Assembly (NCBI RefSeq): GCF_000196555.1
Contig: NC_015067.1
Coordinates: 870,001-902,000 of the forward strand
Source: Bifidobacterium longum subsp. longum JCM 1217
Lineage (GTDB): Bacteria; Actinomycetota; Actinomycetes; Actinomycetales; Bifidobacteriaceae
Length of the DNA: 32,000 nt
Reading direction: 5' to 3'
How positions within the stretch are numbered: the stretch's first letter is position 1; each line of letters opens with the position of its first letter. Below, piece after piece: positions 31,526 through 32,000 of this stretch. The notes beneath the pieces are model-generated. The model did no database searches. It had not been told where the DNA came from and was given only the letters and a program-made list of their open reading frames with translations. The translations under genes and the position numbers were made by a program.

Positions 31526-32000
31526 TCACCTATGGGCGTTGAGCCAGAGGATGGCGAGTTGGGTGCGATTGGTCAGGCCGAGCTTGTCCAGTATCGCGCT
31601 GATGCGATTGCGGACCGTGCCTTCGCTCAGGAACAGTCTGGCGGCGATGTCGCGGTTATCGAGGCCCTCGGCGACCAGCGCGGTGATCTCACGTTCGCGC
31701 TCGCCAAGCAGGCCCTCGATGGAATCGGCGGTATCTCTGGAATCGTCGGAATCGGCAGGATCCGGAGTTCGTTCGGTGAGCTTGCCGAGCACTTCCGCGC
31801 CGAGCACCACCTGACCGGCCATCACCGCCTGCAGCGCGGGCCCGACCGCCGCCACATCCTGTTTGATGAGATAGCCCTTGGCGCCAAGTCCCATCGCCTG
31901 CGCGATATACGACTGGTCCGCAAACGTGGTCAGGAACAGTATGCGCGCGGCCGGGTCCGTGGCCAGAATCTCGCGCGCGGCATCCAAACCGCTGGTGCCG
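31526..32000 (-). CDS. LuxR/NarL-family response regulator, C-terminal part (5' end lies outside the window)
   Basis: Receiver tail 'ILFLTTFADQSYIAQAMGLGAKGYLIKQD' and LuxR HTH 'LGEREREITALVAEGLDNRDIAARLFLSEGTVRNRISAILDKLG'. The frame is open to the window edge. Confidence 0.85.
   Translation of the reverse strand, partial: GTSGLDAAREILATDPAARILFLTTFADQSYIAQAMGLGAKGYLIKQDVAAVGPALQAVMAGQVVLGAEVLGKLTERTPDPADSDDSRDTADSIEGLLGEREREITALVAEGLDNRDIAARLFLSEGTVRNRISAILDKLGLTNRTQLAILWLNAHR

Overview
This is a 32-kb high-GC actinobacterial chromosome segment. Gene content, codon bias and the GGCTCCCC/GGGGAGCC intergenic hairpins look Bifidobacterium-like; that is inference, since no search could be run.

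I can support about 27 protein genes:
- the 3' end of an FtsX-type ABC permease;
- a NarL/LuxR two-component pair, whose 872-aa kinase carries a second copy of its own sensor+DHp module that lacks the phospho-acceptor His and the ATPase domain;
- pip-proC-ychF and yccF;
- two MFS transporters, one a 14-TM DHA2 type fused to a CBS pair;
- a block at 12.6-19.0 kb, described below;
- HAD and histidine phosphatases, an NCS2 uracil/xanthine permease, a DEAD-box helicase with a ~290-aa charged tail, a TetR regulator and a GH13 enzyme;
- cstA-ybdD, pit-DUF47 and the 3' part of a second LuxR response regulator.

In the 12.6-19.0 kb block, an XRE-like HTH gene and an atypical membrane Ser/Thr kinase lie on the minus strand. 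They face a lower-GC plus-strand operon made of a 37-codon TM micro-ORF, a 514-aa 3-TM protein, a free zinc ribbon and a Band_7_1 SPFH-SHOCT protein. A membrane-anchored XRE regulator follows.

I saw no rRNA, tRNA, CRISPR array, transposase or integrase.

The best candidates for something undescribed are:
1. the SPFH / zinc-ribbon / membrane operon together with its kinase-XRE neighbours;
2. a 19-nt-phased array of seven copies (five direct, two inverted) of a CATGGGGCGGTAAAA motif upstream of the helicase;
3. the duplicated pseudo-module in the histidine kinase.

All family assignments come from motif recognition by eye and need HMM or BLAST confirmation.
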